Virus record (IMG/VR): IMGVR_UViG_3300046782_000129
Span: 32,001 to 96,000 of that record
Length of the DNA stretch: 64,000 nt
Reading direction: 5' to 3' (one strand)
DNA from: a virus
Of this stretch, positions 53,195 to 62,088 are shown piece by piece. The notes below the pieces were generated by a model. The model was not told where the DNA came from. It saw only the letters and a list, made by a program, of their open reading frames with translations, and did not search any database. The stretch's first letter is position 1. The number at the start of each line of letters is the position of its first letter. The position numbers and the translations under genes were made by a program.

Positions 53195-53220
53195 CAAATC
53201 CCGTAGGGTTTTGCTATACT
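53191..53220 (+). promoter_or_regulatory. sigma70-type promoter
   Basis: TTGACA-N18-TATACT with extended -10 TG. Confidence 0.75.
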
Positions 53221-53255
53221 GGGTGAGTAAGTTTCGCTCAAGGGAGTGGGCAGAC

Positions 53256-54365
53256 ATGAAGTTCTTACCGAAAAACACGCTGGCATACTTCAACGATGCA
53301 CCTCAGGTGCATCAGCACGATTTCTCGGAGTTGCCGACCGGAGTCTTTGCGGAGTCCACGGGGATCTACAAAAAGGACTGCGACCAGACGTCGCCCAACA
53401 ATGACGCGGTGACGTTCTATGCGCTGAATCACTGCGCGTCGGTTGTCCGGAAGATGTTCACGCAAAACGAAGTGCTCCCGGCGTGGGCACTGAAGATCAT
53501 GACGATGTACACCGACGTGTGCATGTCGCAGGGAGAGCGCATCCTGCATTACATCCTGTGCATTACGACACGGGAGACCCGCCATCTGAAGTCCTGCACA
53601 CCGAAGTTCTGGGCTGACGTGGCGTCGAAGTTCGACCAGAAGTCCGTGAACATCCTGAAGCACATTTCCAGCGATGGCGACGAAAACACGGCGATGAACA
53701 AGTACATCAAAACGCCTCCGGACATGACCATCGGTCAGTTCGTGAACACGTTGTCGTATGCGTTTCATCATGCGGGGTCGCATGGCTGGAACGGCAGCTA
53801 CGGCGGTCATCCGTGGGGTCAGGTGACGGATGCGGTGATCAGCTACTTGCATGGCGTCACGTCGATGGAGATGCTGGTGGATACCGGCTACACGCTGGCT
53901 CACAACGGTGGTCCCATCTTCAACAAGGGCATGATGTATGGCCATCAGGACACCAACAAGCTCTTCACGGTGCTCGATGTCCAGCGTAGCGGCCAGATGT
54001 TGGACTTGATCGTGGCGACGGAAACATTGGGTGTCAACAAAACCGTGGAGGCTCTTGAAGCGGTAGCGTTGATCAAGGAACATTGCCCTACGGAATTTCA
54101 GGGATACGTGGACTGGAAGCTGGTCGATGACCTGCGTCCTGCGAAGGACAAGGCCGCGAACCCCCACAAGTACCAGAAGCAGACCACGGCACAGAAGCAG
54201 CCGACGAAGGTCGCCAAAGCGAAGGCCGCGAAGGCTGCGGCGGCGGCAAGTGTGACGGCTCCGTCAACGATGACGACGTTGCTCGGGAAGAAGATCAAGG
54301 TGACGGGCACGTTCCAAGTCTATCCGCACCAGAACGTCAATATCGTGGAACGGGTGGGTAGCTAA
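53256..54365 (+). CDS. Conserved hypothetical protein (YGGxxW / HNGG..FNK motifs)
   Basis: RETRH, YGGHPW, D...LAHNGGPIFNK look like active-site motifs. Confidence 0.7.
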   Translation: MKFLPKNTLAYFNDAPQVHQHDFSELPTGVFAESTGIYKKDCDQTSPNNDAVTFYALNHCASVVRKMFTQNEVLPAWALKIMTMYTDVCMSQGERILHYILCITTRETRHLKSCTPKFWADVASKFDQKSVNILKHISSDGDENTAMNKYIKTPPDMTIGQFVNTLSYAFHHAGSHGWNGSYGGHPWGQVTDAVISYLHGVTSMEMLVDTGYTLAHNGGPIFNKGMMYGHQDTNKLFTVLDVQRSGQMLDLIVATETLGVNKTVEALEAVALIKEHCPTEFQGYVDWKLVDDLRPAKDKAANPHKYQKQTTAQKQPTKVAKAKAAKAAAAASVTAPSTMTTLLGKKIKVTGTFQVYPHQNVNIVERVGS

Positions 54366-55106
54366 GTGTGGGGCGAGAAGAAGGGCGACGAGAAGGCGTT
54401 CTCGGGCACGGCACTGACGGTGCGGTGCTACGAGAAGCATCCGGCCATCAAGATCGGCAAGGGCAAGTTGTACGGGGGCAGTGCCAGCCACCCGGTGATG
54501 GAAGACGCGGACATCTACGTGGCGTTGCAGAGTGGCAGCACGAGCGGGCTGTCGTCGGACCCATGGGAAAAGGACAAGGTGGTGGAGATTCACTACTCCA
54601 TCACAGACATGCACGCGCCCAAGGACGTGGACCGGTTCAAGAAGCTGGTGACGTGGCTCTGCACTCAGTTGCAAAATGGGCAAACGGTTCACGTGGGGTG
54701 CATCGGGGGCCACGGGCGGTCAGGGCTGTTGATTTCATCCATCGTGGCGGAAGCCTTGGAGAAGAAGGACGCCATCCAGTGGGTGCGGAAGCACTACTGC
54801 AAGAAGGCGGTCGAGTCCAAGGCGCAGATCCAGTTCCTGATGAAGCACTACGGGGTGACGGAAGCCGACCCGACGAAGGAAAGCTACACCAAGCCCAACG
54901 GCCACGGCACGAACTACACGAGTTGGGGGAGCAAGTCCTTCCAGTCGATTGAGAAGTTCATGACGAGCGGTCACCAGCCTGAGTCGTGGGTGAGCGAGAC
55001 CAAGGGCAAGCAGATTGTCCCGGAGGGCGTCTCGGCGTCCACGCGGTCCTTCGTGCCAGCGGCATCGTCCCGGAACCTGTGGAAGGTCCGGAAGCGGAAG
55101 ATTTGA
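54366..55106 (+). CDS. Second PTP/dual-specificity phosphatase
   Basis: HVGCIGGHGRSG; AVESKAQ. Confidence 0.85.
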   Translation: MWGEKKGDEKAFSGTALTVRCYEKHPAIKIGKGKLYGGSASHPVMEDADIYVALQSGSTSGLSSDPWEKDKVVEIHYSITDMHAPKDVDRFKKLVTWLCTQLQNGQTVHVGCIGGHGRSGLLISSIVAEALEKKDAIQWVRKHYCKKAVESKAQIQFLMKHYGVTEADPTKESYTKPNGHGTNYTSWGSKSFQSIEKFMTSGHQPESWVSETKGKQIVPEGVSASTRSFVPAASSRNLWKVRKRKI

Positions 55107-55167
55107 CAAATTCCTAGACCCCGTGCTACAATGGTCTAGTTGAATTTTGTCCAAGGAGTGGGCTGAG

Positions 55168-56136
55168 ATGGCATTCAAATTGAGTTCAGACGCGCAAACG
55201 GTGTTCTTCGCCAAGGTCTTCGGAGACACCCATCCGGTGACGGAGCAGGTTAAGGCCCTCGTGTTGGCGGGCGTCACGTTCGAAGTGGGCCTGTACAGCA
55301 TTACGGCGACCGCCAAGGGACTGGGCGGCACGGCGTCATCCAAGGCATCCTCCGTGACCCTGACGGCGGGGTCCACGTCGCTGATGAAGGGCACCGTGGC
55401 TCCCATGATCGCGGAGCAGAACAAAACGCTGATCGACCAGTGGGTGTCGGTTCTCGGCATTGGCGTCAAGCCAGAGCCGGTGGAACCGCCCAAGGTCACG
55501 CTGACGATTCTCGGGATTCCTCCCGGTGACAGTCAGCCGAATCTCATTGTGCTGATCAAGGCGATCCGCACGGTGACGGAGTTCGGACTGGCACAGGCCA
55601 AGAAGCTGGCGGAGGATGTGCTGGCGGGCACGTCCGTGACGGTGGAAGTGGTGCCCTCGATGACAGCCACGGCAGTGATGACGTTGCAGAAGGCAGGCGT
55701 GAAGCTGTCCTTGACGGCGCAGGCCCCCACGGTGCCGGATGTTCTGCACCAGACCATCCCGCCACCGAAGTCCGTGGCCAAGCCCATCAACACGGTGATG
55801 AATCTGAAGGATGCGGCGGCACTGGGCCAGAAGGTTCACGGCACGAGCAACGGCAGCATCTACTACACGATTGCCCTCAGCAAGCAGGGTCTGAAGTTGG
55901 CGGCACGTCTGACCTCAGGCGGGGCCATCTCCATCCGGGCCGAGTGGCAGGGCCAGCCGACTGCGGAACTGAAGAAGCTTCAGGAGTCTGGCGTCTCGAT
56001 GAAGACCGGGTACGGCAGCATTCACTTCGATGGCGCGGGTGTGCCTCTCCAGAAGGTGGTCGGAGCGTTCTTGTTCGGCACGGGGATCGACTGGGCCGCG
56101 ATGGTCACCAACGGATCAGAACTGGTCGTGGCGTGA
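55168..56136 (+). CDS. Protein containing a ribosomal L7/L12 C-terminal-like domain
   Basis: IVLIKAIRTVTEFGLAQAKKLAE; promoter at 55103. Confidence 0.6.
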   Translation: MAFKLSSDAQTVFFAKVFGDTHPVTEQVKALVLAGVTFEVGLYSITATAKGLGGTASSKASSVTLTAGSTSLMKGTVAPMIAEQNKTLIDQWVSVLGIGVKPEPVEPPKVTLTILGIPPGDSQPNLIVLIKAIRTVTEFGLAQAKKLAEDVLAGTSVTVEVVPSMTATAVMTLQKAGVKLSLTAQAPTVPDVLHQTIPPPKSVAKPINTVMNLKDAAALGQKVHGTSNGSIYYTIALSKQGLKLAARLTSGGAISIRAEWQGQPTAELKKLQESGVSMKTGYGSIHFDGAGVPLQKVVGAFLFGTGIDWAAMVTNGSELVVA

Positions 56137-56392
56137 TGTTTCATCATGACTTCATGCGCCATGACGTGCCAGCGGCCAAGGCCGAGATGGACCTGCTGAA
56201 GACCACGAAGGTCGGGGACATCCGTCGAGGGACGTTGTTCCCCGCCTTGGACGTGGGCATGGAATGGATCTGCCGGGTGGCCAAGGACCCCGTGTGGGAG
56301 TTCGAAGGGCTGTTCTTCGGCCAGCCGGTGTACCACGTGGTCATCACTTCGACCCCCGAGTCTGTGTCGCTGGACCTGAAGGAGCTACAGCC

Positions 56393-56791
56393 ATGAACCT
56401 TGGCTTCTTCGCGGCAGACACGTTGAACATGACGTTGTACCAAATCCAGAACCGTTTGAAGGCGAGTGAGATTCACCAGCTACGGCTGGGGCCATGGAAG
56501 ATCGAGATGGACATTGACGTGGAGTCCGACATCATCACGAACACGGAACTGGCGTTCTGGGTGACCATCGCCAAAACCCTGCGGCTGTACCTGATCGTCA
56601 GGGAGAAGGAAAGCTGGCTCTTCGTGCTCAACGCGGCGGCATTGAAGAAGTGTGGGGCCAAGACCGGCTTCGCGGGCCAGAGCAGCAAAGAGCGAGTCAA
56701 CGAGTTCAAGCCTGCCATCAAGGGTCTGTTCCGGTGGCGTGATGGTCGCTGGGAAAAGATTCAGCACGAGGGATGGCAGGAGAAGCCGTGA
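56393..56791 (+). CDS. Hypothetical protein
   Basis: AAGGAG RBS, ATGA overlap. Confidence 0.5.
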   Translation: MNLGFFAADTLNMTLYQIQNRLKASEIHQLRLGPWKIEMDIDVESDIITNTELAFWVTIAKTLRLYLIVREKESWLFVLNAAALKKCGAKTGFAGQSSKERVNEFKPAIKGLFRWRDGRWEKIQHEGWQEKP

Positions 56792-57024
56792 GTGACAAGT
56801 GGTTCGCACGAGCGTTAGTCTTCGGTCTCACGGTCTGGATGGGCATCGTTCTGTTAAGCTGGTGGGTGATTCACAATGGGTGACTCTGGTGTCGGTGACG
56901 TGATGCTAGGCATCGCAGGCGTGGCTTTCTTCGTGGCCCTCGTGGCGTTTATTGGGTGGGCCATGATCAGTCTCGGAGTGTGGCGCGGCCAGTTGAAGTC
57001 GTGGAATCGGGCAAGGAAGCAGGT

Positions 57025-57459
57025 ATGAGCGACGTCGAATCTCACGAAGTCGATGAACTTCGTGCCGAGATAGCACGGCTCAAGGCTGAACTCAATCGAG
57101 CCGCTGCGCTTGTCGAAGCCATCGGTCGCACCTCTGGTTGGCGCGAACAAATGCGTGAGGCCCGAGAGCAGGGCCAAGCGCAGTTGCGGGAGGAAATCGC
57201 CACGGTGACGAAGGAACGGGACGACCTCAAGGCTTTGCATGAGCGGGTGCTAGGACGCTGGACGAATACTAGCGACGAACTCACTGAGGCCCGCGCCGAA
57301 CGGGACAAGTGGCAGACGGACTGGGAGCTATTGAAGTCTGACTACCAAGCCTTGCAACGCGATTTGGTCGGGACGTACGCAAAGATTCAGCGGCTCAAGG
57401 AAGAAGTGGACGAGTTAAAAACGACGCTGGCGGTTCACACCGACATGGATCCGCGATGA
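57025..57459 (+). CDS. Coiled-coil hypothetical protein
   Basis: Heptad pattern; first of several small coiled-coil ORFs extending to 58112. Confidence 0.5.
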   Translation: MSDVESHEVDELRAEIARLKAELNRAAALVEAIGRTSGWREQMREAREQGQAQLREEIATVTKERDDLKALHERVLGRWTNTSDELTEARAERDKWQTDWELLKSDYQALQRDLVGTYAKIQRLKEEVDELKTTLAVHTDMDPR

Positions 57460-58011
57460 CTGACGAATTGACGGCGTTTCTGAAGGCGGCAACATCGCAC
57501 TACATGCAACACGGGATGAAGACTGAATCGTGGATGCGTGTCGATGAAGCCGTTCGCGTTCACAACGACTTGACCGCATCTCTTCGTGCCGACCGTGATC
57601 GCCTGCGGGAGGAACTGGCGAAGCAGAAAGCTCGGTATTGCTCGATCTGTGAGTTCGGCCACGAGGGAGAATGCCGTGAGCACCGATAAGCGATTATACG
57701 AGGCGCTTGAACTAATTGACCGGCTGGAGCGCGAGTTGGCCAAGTTGCGGGAGGAGATCGCCGCGAAGGACGCCGAGATTCAGCGGCTCAAGGATCAGCA
57801 CCAAGAAGATTTGGAACTCATGCGTGATATGCGAGAGCGGCTGTGACTCTCGTTCGTTATCCGGGGGTTCTGTACATCAAAGACATCGCAGACCTGCGTC
57901 AGCAGTTGCTGGAGGCCGCAGATACTATCGAAGCCTTCGGTCGCAAGTTGGCGGAGCAAGGTCAGCAATTGATCGAAGCCAAGGCCGAAGTTGCCCGGTT
58001 GAAAGAGAAGC

Positions 58012-60393
58012 ATGCGACTCACGATCTGGTCCAAGACCATCCCCGCCAAAGTCCTGCGAAACCTGTCGCCCGTCCTTCGCACCGCAAACGTAAACGCCAC
58101 GGTCGTCGCTGACCATTCGGTGCCTGAGGGCACGACGGTCATTCTCGCACTCGGCACGGAATCCCTCAAGAAGCTGCAAGAGCACAAGGTCCTCGCCAAG
58201 AACCGCACCACCACGTCCTATCGCACGATGCCCCACATGCTGGGCACCACGCCCGTGTTGGTGAGCTACAGTCCGGAGATAGGCGAGATAGACCACGGCT
58301 ACTATATCGATCTGTTGACCGATGTCAGCTTGGCCATGCGCTACTGCCTGACGGGCAAGTGGCATCCCATCTACGGCAAGTATCGGTACGTCAAAGACTT
58401 TTCCGAGTTGTGCCACGCGATTGAGCAACAGCACGCCGACACCGGCCAGCCCGTGGACGTGGCGAAGGACTTGGAAACACTGGGGCTGGATCCCTACGCT
58501 GAACCAGAGCTAGGCTTCCCCGGTGCCTACATCGTCTCCATGCAGGCGTCACACCAGAAGGGCACCGCTGATGTGGTCCGGTTCGCTGATCGGATGCACG
58601 AGAGCCAGCGATTATCTGACCCAGCCTTCAGAGAGCAAGTGGAGTTTCTGTTGCGCTGTCCCTATGTCCGGTTGAAGGGCGCGAACTTCAAATACGATCT
58701 GCACTGGCTGTGGAAGCGTGGCGGCTTTACGTGCAGCACGTTCACCTTCGATACCACCATCGTGGGCAGTTTGCTCGATGAGAATCGTAGCAATGCGCTG
58801 GATGTTCACGTCAAACTCTACGCCAACACGCTGGCCGGGTACTCCGACAAGTTTGATCGTGAAGTGGACAAGAGCCGCATGGACAAGGTACCCCCCGATG
58901 CCCTGCTCCCCTATGCTGGCGGCGATGTGGATGGGGGCCTGCAAGTGGCCGAGGCCATGAAGCAGGAACTCCTGCAAGACAAGCGGCTGACCAGTTTCTA
59001 TGTGAACGTCCTCCACCCCGCCGCCAGAGCCTTTGAATGGGTCGAGCAGGGGGGTGTGGTGATTGACCCCGAAGCCTTCAAAGAACTGAAATCTGATTTG
59101 GAGACGGAGCACGCCAGACTCGTGAAGGAAGCCAGCAGGATCATGGGGGGCCGCATCGTCATCAAGCATGCGTATAACAGCTTGATCGGGATGGGGGCCA
59201 TGAACCTCACCAAAGCGTCCATGCTGGTGGACTTCATGTTCACCACGATGGGTCTCAATCTCAAGCCTAAGATGTGGACCCCGAAGCCCGACAAGGATGG
59301 GATCAAGCGACCATCAACAGCCATGGAACATCTGGAGATGTTTGCGGCCCTCCCAGAGGCCAAAGCCTTCGTGGACATCATCCGGCAAGACTCCAGCGTC
59401 ATGAAGACCTACAACACCTACGTGGTGGGCTTCTTGGAGCACCTGAGGTCGGACCATCGTTTCCACCCATCGTACTGGCTCTTTGTGGGCAACAAAGAAG
59501 AGGGAGAGGGTGGCGCGAAGACTGGACGATTGTCTTGCACTGGACCCGCTTTTCAAACCGTACCCAAGCACACGGCATGGGCACAGAGAATCAGACGATG
59601 CTATCCGGCTCCACCGGGCTACGTGGTGGTCGAGCGAGACTATGGACAGGGTGAACTCCGGGTGGTGGCGTGCATTGCGAACGAGACGAACATGCTCAAC
59701 GTGTTCAAATCGGGCAAGGACATACACGCGGATACGGCAGCACCGTTCGCAGGGTACACCTACGATGCGCTGATGGCGTTGGAGCAGACGGATACCCACA
59801 AATTCGAAGAGACTAGACAGCTTGGGAAGGCGGGCAACTTTGGGCTGGTGTTCGGCATGCGTGAGGATGGCTTCGTGGCCTACGCCAAATCCAATTACGG
59901 CGTGGAGCTAACGTGGGAGGATGCCCACACCTTTCGCAACACGTTCTTTAAGAAATATCCCCGCCTAGAGGTGTATCATAGGTCCGCGATTGAGTTTGCG
60001 AAGCAGTACAAACACGTGAGAACGCCACTCGGCAGAATCCGGCACCTCCCGTTGATCACGTCGCCCAATCGTGAGGTGGCCGCGAAGGCGGAGCGACAGG
60101 CCATCAACAGCCCGGTTCAAGGTACCCTCACGGACATGACCCTCTGGACCATTGCATTGGAGCACAAGTGGGGACTCGCCAAGATCGCGCCTTGTTTTGG
60201 AGCCTGCCACGACTCCATTCTGAATTATGTCCCCGAGGATCAAGTGGACAGCATCGTGAATCAGCAACTCGATCAGATGGAATCCCTGCCGTTCCACGAG
60301 GTTGGCTGGTCCCCGCAAGTGAAGTTCGTGGCCGAGGCCAAGGTGGGAAAAAATTGGGGCGAGGTCAAGAAGTTTCACAGGAAAGCCTCATGA
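58012..60393 (+). CDS. polA: Family A DNA polymerase with 3'-5' exonuclease
   Basis: DLET, NFKYD, YAGGD exonuclease motifs; TGRLS, DYGQGELR, KAGNFGLVFG, RQAINSPVQG, HDSI. Confidence 0.93.
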   Translation: MRLTIWSKTIPAKVLRNLSPVLRTANVNATVVADHSVPEGTTVILALGTESLKKLQEHKVLAKNRTTTSYRTMPHMLGTTPVLVSYSPEIGEIDHGYYIDLLTDVSLAMRYCLTGKWHPIYGKYRYVKDFSELCHAIEQQHADTGQPVDVAKDLETLGLDPYAEPELGFPGAYIVSMQASHQKGTADVVRFADRMHESQRLSDPAFREQVEFLLRCPYVRLKGANFKYDLHWLWKRGGFTCSTFTFDTTIVGSLLDENRSNALDVHVKLYANTLAGYSDKFDREVDKSRMDKVPPDALLPYAGGDVDGGLQVAEAMKQELLQDKRLTSFYVNVLHPAARAFEWVEQGGVVIDPEAFKELKSDLETEHARLVKEASRIMGGRIVIKHAYNSLIGMGAMNLTKASMLVDFMFTTMGLNLKPKMWTPKPDKDGIKRPSTAMEHLEMFAALPEAKAFVDIIRQDSSVMKTYNTYVVGFLEHLRSDHRFHPSYWLFVGNKEEGEGGAKTGRLSCTGPAFQTVPKHTAWAQRIRRCYPAPPGYVVVERDYGQGELRVVACIANETNMLNVFKSGKDIHADTAAPFAGYTYDALMALEQTDTHKFEETRQLGKAGNFGLVFGMREDGFVAYAKSNYGVELTWEDAHTFRNTFFKKYPRLEVYHRSAIEFAKQYKHVRTPLGRIRHLPLITSPNREVAAKAERQAINSPVQGTLTDMTLWTIALEHKWGLAKIAPCFGACHDSILNYVPEDQVDSIVNQQLDQMESLPFHEVGWSPQVKFVAEAKVGKNWGEVKKFHRKAS

Positions 60394-60665
60394 CCCCCAG
60401 TGGTGAGAGCAATATCCAATTCGTCCCCGAGCATCAGTGTCCTGCCTGCAAACGGACCATGGATGTGGTGATGATCTTAGAAGACGATGAACCGTATCTC
60501 CCCGAGGCAGGCGACATCACCATCTGTGGGTTCTGCCTGACCGTGAACGTCTTCAAAGAGGATGGCCAGCTACGGTTTGCCACCAGTGAAGAGTGCGAGA
60601 AGATTCCTCATTGGGTAAGAGTCAGGATGGCCGAGGAACAGAAGAGACGACAGCGGGTGTTCTGA
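60390..60665 (+). CDS. Small Zn-ribbon protein
   Basis: CPAC...CGFC; ATGA overlap. Confidence 0.55.
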   Translation: MTPSGESNIQFVPEHQCPACKRTMDVVMILEDDEPYLPEAGDITICGFCLTVNVFKEDGQLRFATSEECEKIPHWVRVRMAEEQKRRQRVF

Positions 60666-60673
60666 TCGCACAG

Positions 60674-60703
60674 TTGACAAATCGTGGCGGCGCGTGTTAG
60701 GAT
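60674..60703 (+). promoter_or_regulatory. sigma70-type promoter heading the Tas/array locus
   Basis: TTGACA-N18-TAGGAT with TG extension. Confidence 0.65.
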
Positions 60704-60733
60704 CCACCCAGTCAATGGAGTGTTGTAGATCCC

Positions 60734-60907
60734 ATGTGGAGAATTCGCTCACTCACCGAGACGGATAACAAAGGCCAACCCAAGTACTGGTCCACCGATG
60801 TGGGCTGGACGTGGAAGACCTTTGCTGACACGTTCACACAGGAAGAAAAAGATGCCGTGATGCTGCCGAAGCACGCGGTCTGGGAAGCAATCACAGAGCA
60901 GGAGTAA
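60734..60907 (+). CDS. Small Trp-rich hypothetical protein (57 aa; not in ORF track)
   Basis: MWRIRSLTETDNKGQPKYWSTDVGW...; ends at the RBS of the next gene. Confidence 0.5.
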   Translation: MWRIRSLTETDNKGQPKYWSTDVGWTWKTFADTFTQEEKDAVMLPKHAVWEAITEQE

Positions 60908-60910
60908 CCA

Positions 60911-61783
60911 ATGGCAGAAGAGAATTTCGATGATCAGCAGTTAGACCCCATCAAGCGGCTCAACAGGGACCTGAAGAAGGCGGCGGCGACCCTCTCGGCT
61001 AATGAAGCGAGATTCCTCGTGGATGCATATTATCAGATGCAAAGAGACCGCATCCGAGCCGCGCATCAGGCGAGAACGTTGGAGGAGGCAGGAGAGCCGA
61101 ATCAGATTCTCGGTTGGTTGTTCGACAACACCGAAACCCTCGAAAGAAACATCAAATCTGCCTTAGGCACTTACAGCAAGCATCACCCAGTCGGCAAGTG
61201 GGCGGAGTCCATCGTGGGCATCGGCCCCGTCATCAGCGCAGGTCTCTTGGCCCACATCGATATCCAGAAGGCCCCTACCGTGGGCCATATCTGGAGGTTT
61301 GCTGGTCTCGATCCTACCGTCGTGTGGGGCGAGGGCAAGAAGAGACCTTGGAACGGTGCTCTCAAAAGACTCTGCTGGATCATCGGAGAGAGTTTCACGA
61401 AGCAACAGAGCCACGAAGAGGACACCTACGGCCAGTTTTACGTGGCCCGCAAGGCCCAAGAAGAGACCAAGAACGCCAACCATGACTTCGCAGACCAAGC
61501 GAAGAAGTCTCTCTCCACCAAGAACTGGAAGAAGGACACTCAGACCAAAGCGGCCTATGAACAGGGGATGTTGCCGCAGGCCCGCATCCATCTAAGAGCA
61601 CAGCGATACGCCGTGAAGCTCTTCCTTAGCCACTGGCACGAGGCCGCATTCTTCAACCACTATGGTGTCCTCCCTCCAAAACCCTACGTGATCCAACACA
61701 TGGGCCACGCACACTTCATTCAGCCCCCAAACATGCACTTGATTGCCGGATGGGCGGAGGCCAGAGCCAAGGCAGGCATCTAA
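60911..61783 (+). CDS. tasA: TasA-like Nop-domain RNA-guided DNA-binding protein (IS110/Nop5-related, no nuclease domain)
   Basis: Coiled coil RFLVDxYYxMQxxRI; GIGPVISAGLL, IWRFAGLDP, PWNxxLK, HLRAQRYAVKLFL; no DEDD RuvC or HNH; upstream of the 36-nt array. Confidence 0.8.
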   Translation: MAEENFDDQQLDPIKRLNRDLKKAAATLSANEARFLVDAYYQMQRDRIRAAHQARTLEEAGEPNQILGWLFDNTETLERNIKSALGTYSKHHPVGKWAESIVGIGPVISAGLLAHIDIQKAPTVGHIWRFAGLDPTVVWGEGKKRPWNGALKRLCWIIGESFTKQQSHEEDTYGQFYVARKAQEETKNANHDFADQAKKSLSTKNWKKDTQTKAAYEQGMLPQARIHLRAQRYAVKLFLSHWHEAAFFNHYGVLPPKPYVIQHMGHAHFIQPPNMHLIAGWAEARAKAGI

Positions 61784-62088
61784 TGGCTCAGCAGTGGGAT
61801 GAGTTTGAAGGCCGGTTCATCGAGATAGAGGAAAACATCAAGCCTTCATTAGCGGTAAGGCGTGGGGCATCGGTGCCCCCGCCCCAAGCAAGCACAAGCA
61901 AGCACAAGCAAGCATTCCCCAAGCAAGCACAAGCAAGCACAAGCAAGCATCCCTCACCGGGCACTCCAGAGGGCAGAATGAAGGGTGGCAAGGCCAGATT
62001 GAGGGATGATCCGAAACGCCGTAGAGAGATTGCCCTCAGAGCCGCAAAAGTGCGTTGGAACAGAGGTCATGACACCAAGGGGTCGTAA
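61783..62088 (+). CDS. Small basic protein with GGKAR...RRxEIAxxAAxxRW motif
   Basis: TAATG coupling to tasA; contains the iteron cluster in frame. Confidence 0.55.
   Translation: MAQQWDEFEGRFIEIEENIKPSLAVRRGASVPPPQASTSKHKQAFPKQAQASTSKHPSPGTPEGRMKGGKARLRDDPKRRREIALRAAKVRWNRGHDTKGS
61884..61950 (+). repeat. Iteron-like cluster: (CAAGCAAGCA)x3 - 5 bp - (CAAGCAAGCA)x3
   Basis: Read directly; inverted counterpart at 20236-20292. Confidence 0.9.

Noticed and set aside
57385-57794. 17-bp repeat ATTCAGCGGCTCAAGGA in adjacent coiled-coil ORFs
   Set aside because: Explained by a shared IQRLK coiled-coil module among small paralogous genes; no evidence of a DNA-level function.
60911-61783. Active IS110 insertion sequence
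   Set aside because: Lacks the N-terminal DEDD RuvC domain and the catalytic SG motif; embedded in a phage operon next to a guide-like array.
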